Virus record (IMG/VR): IMGVR_UViG_3300046010_005562
Length of the DNA: 64,000 nt
Source: a virus
Strand: one strand, 5' to 3'
The notes under the pieces are model-generated. The model saw only the letters and a program-made list of their open reading frames with translations, made no database searches and was not told the origin of the DNA. The position numbers and the translations under genes were made by a program. Position 1 is the first letter of the stretch. The number at the start of each line of letters is the position of its first letter. Positions 62,815 to 64,000 of this stretch are shown here, piece after piece.

Positions 62815-62843
62815 TTGACAAATTGATCTAAATAGTATATAAT
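62815..62843 (+). promoter_or_regulatory. Sigma70-like promoter (TTGACA-17-TATAAT) for tRNA-Gly operon
   Basis: Direct reading. Confidence 0.85.
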
Positions 62844-62856
62844 AAATAAGAATTAA

Positions 62857-62931
62857 GCGGGATTGGTATATTGGTTGCTGCCTTAGCCTTCCAAGCTAAA
62901 GAAACCAGTTCGATTCTGGTATCCCGCTCCA
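62857..62931 (+). tRNA. tRNA-Gly(TCC), second gene
   Basis: GCGGGAT/ATCCCGC, TAGC-CTTCCAA-GCTA. Confidence 0.92.
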
Positions 62932-62949
62932 ATTATTATTAAAGATTCT

Positions 62950-63032
62950 GGGGATATGGTGAAATTGGTATACACAGCAGACTTAAAATCTGCCGCTTAT
63001 GCGTGTCGGTTCGAGTCCGACTATCCCCACCA
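62950..63032 (+). tRNA. tRNA-Leu(TAA)
   Basis: GGGGATA/TATCCCC, GCAGA-CTTAAAA-TCTGC, long variable arm. Confidence 0.93.
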
Positions 63033-63038
63033 AATTAT

Positions 63039-63115
63039 GGGCCTCTAGCTCAATTGGTTAGAGCATCCGACTCATAATCGGCAGGTTTACGGTTCAAGTC
63101 CGTAGTGGCCCACCA
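63039..63115 (+). tRNA. tRNA with CAT anticodon (Met/Ile2)
   Basis: GGGCC.C/G.GGCCC, CCGA-CTCATAA-TCGG. Confidence 0.9.
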
Positions 63116-63121
63116 AACAAA

Positions 63122-63196
63122 GCCCTCTTCGTTTAATGGATAGGACATGGGATTTCTACTCCCACAGTGGCGGTTCGATTCCGTCAGAGGGCGCCA
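63122..63196 (+). tRNA. tRNA-Arg(TCT)
   Basis: GCCCTCT/AGAGGGC, TGGGA-TTTCTAC-TCCCA. Confidence 0.93.
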
Positions 63197-63224
63197 AATA
63201 ACAAATAACTAAAGAGGATTTAAT

Positions 63225-63653
63225 ATGGTAACTTCTAAACAATGTTTTGCAAAATGGGGTGATCCAGCAATTACTGCTAATGAATTAAAATATATGACAG
63301 TATGGGATGTTCCACATGAACTTGAATTAGGTGCTATACCAAAAAAACTTTATTGTAACAAAGCAATGGTAGAACCACTAACAAAAGCATTTAATAATAT
63401 TATAGATAGAAATCTTATCTCTCAGTTGAAAACATGGGATGGATGCTTTAATGTAAGAAAGAAAAGAGGTGCTTCTTCTGCTTCTCTACACTCTTGGGGT
63501 ATCGCAATAGATATTAATGCAGCATGGAATGGTTTTGGTAAAACTCCTACTATGTCTCCAGAATTAGTAAAATGTTTTACAGATGCTGGATTTGATTGGG
63601 GCGGTGTATGGTCTAAACCAGATGGAATGCACTTTCAATTACGATCACTATAA
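63225..63653 (+). CDS. Endolysin, M15 (VanY-type) L,D/D,D-carboxypeptidase
   Basis: CFNVRKKRGASSASLHSWGIAIDINAAWNGFG ... FTDAGFDWGGVWSKPDGMHFQL. Confidence 0.9.
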   Translation: MVTSKQCFAKWGDPAITANELKYMTVWDVPHELELGAIPKKLYCNKAMVEPLTKAFNNIIDRNLISQLKTWDGCFNVRKKRGASSASLHSWGIAIDINAAWNGFGKTPTMSPELVKCFTDAGFDWGGVWSKPDGMHFQLRSL

Positions 63654-63674
63654 TAGATATAGAGAGGATAATGA

Positions 63675-64000
63675 ATGATAAAGAATGTGTATGAGATATT
63701 AGATGAATTTGAGAAACAAACAACAAGAGAAGGAAGGAAAGAGATACTAATAAAGAATGGCTCACCCCACTTTAAACAATTTTTAAAATTTGCATTTGAT
63801 CCAACTATTCAATTTTATATATCTGAATTTCCAGATAACTACAAACAACCAGATACATTCCCTGGTCTAAGAATAGCTGGATTAGAATCCGAACTAAGAA
63901 AAACTTATCTATTCACTAAAGGTGATCCAACAGCAGACCTACTATCAGAAAGTAAAAGAAAATTACTTCTACTTCAAATGCTAGAATCTTTCGAACCAAG
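63675..64000 (+). CDS. Conserved T4-like phage hypothetical protein, truncated by window end
   Basis: MIKNVYEILDEFEKQTTREGRKEILIKNGSPHFKQFLKFAFDPTIQFYISEFPDNYKQPDTFPGLRIAGLESELRKTYLF open to the edge. Confidence 0.6.
   Translation, partial: MIKNVYEILDEFEKQTTREGRKEILIKNGSPHFKQFLKFAFDPTIQFYISEFPDNYKQPDTFPGLRIAGLESELRKTYLFTKGDPTADLLSESKRKLLLLQMLESFEP

Noticed and set aside
1-64000. Classical anti-phage defence island or retron/DGR
   Set aside because: No reverse transcriptase, TR/VR pair, restriction or abortive infection operon recognised in this window; the TROVE/vWA locus is the only defence-like candidate.

Overview
This 64 kb window is part of a large, AT-rich T4-like (contractile tail) phage genome whose host is probably an aerobic methanotroph. 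It carries a free-standing pmoC (particulate methane monooxygenase subunit C) with its own promoter and terminator. The left 34 kb encodes tail fibres (a 1,679-aa repeat fibre with a C-terminal S74-type chaperone, and two RCC1 beta-propeller proteins), baseplate proteins (gp6, gp25, gp5, gp27, gp53 and gp48/54-like), gp4, gp19-like tail tube, gp26-like hub and a tape-measure/hub protein. Next come gp32, gp59 and gp33 homologues. The middle region holds a PhoH / PlcP-like phosphoesterase / glycosyltransferase cassette that looks like the bacterial phosphate-stress lipid-remodelling pathway. It also holds at least seven proteins starting with a T4-like capsid-targeting peptide (MKTFKEFI.E). pmoC, an NAD+ salvage pair (NMN adenylyltransferase-Nudix and NAMPT) and a GroES-like protein follow. 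The right end has 28 tRNA genes covering all 20 amino acids, interleaved with unexplained structured RNAs. The most novel signal is a family of at least eight RNA elements sharing the handle AGGnnnn-TTCAGCAA ... nnnnCCTGTT with compensatory changes in the closing stem. Four of them surround a TROVE (Ro60-like) gene and a vWA gene. One is a closed tRNA mimic in permuted order, matching the expected architecture of a YrlA-type Y RNA. All calls come from reading the sequence; no database or folding program was run.
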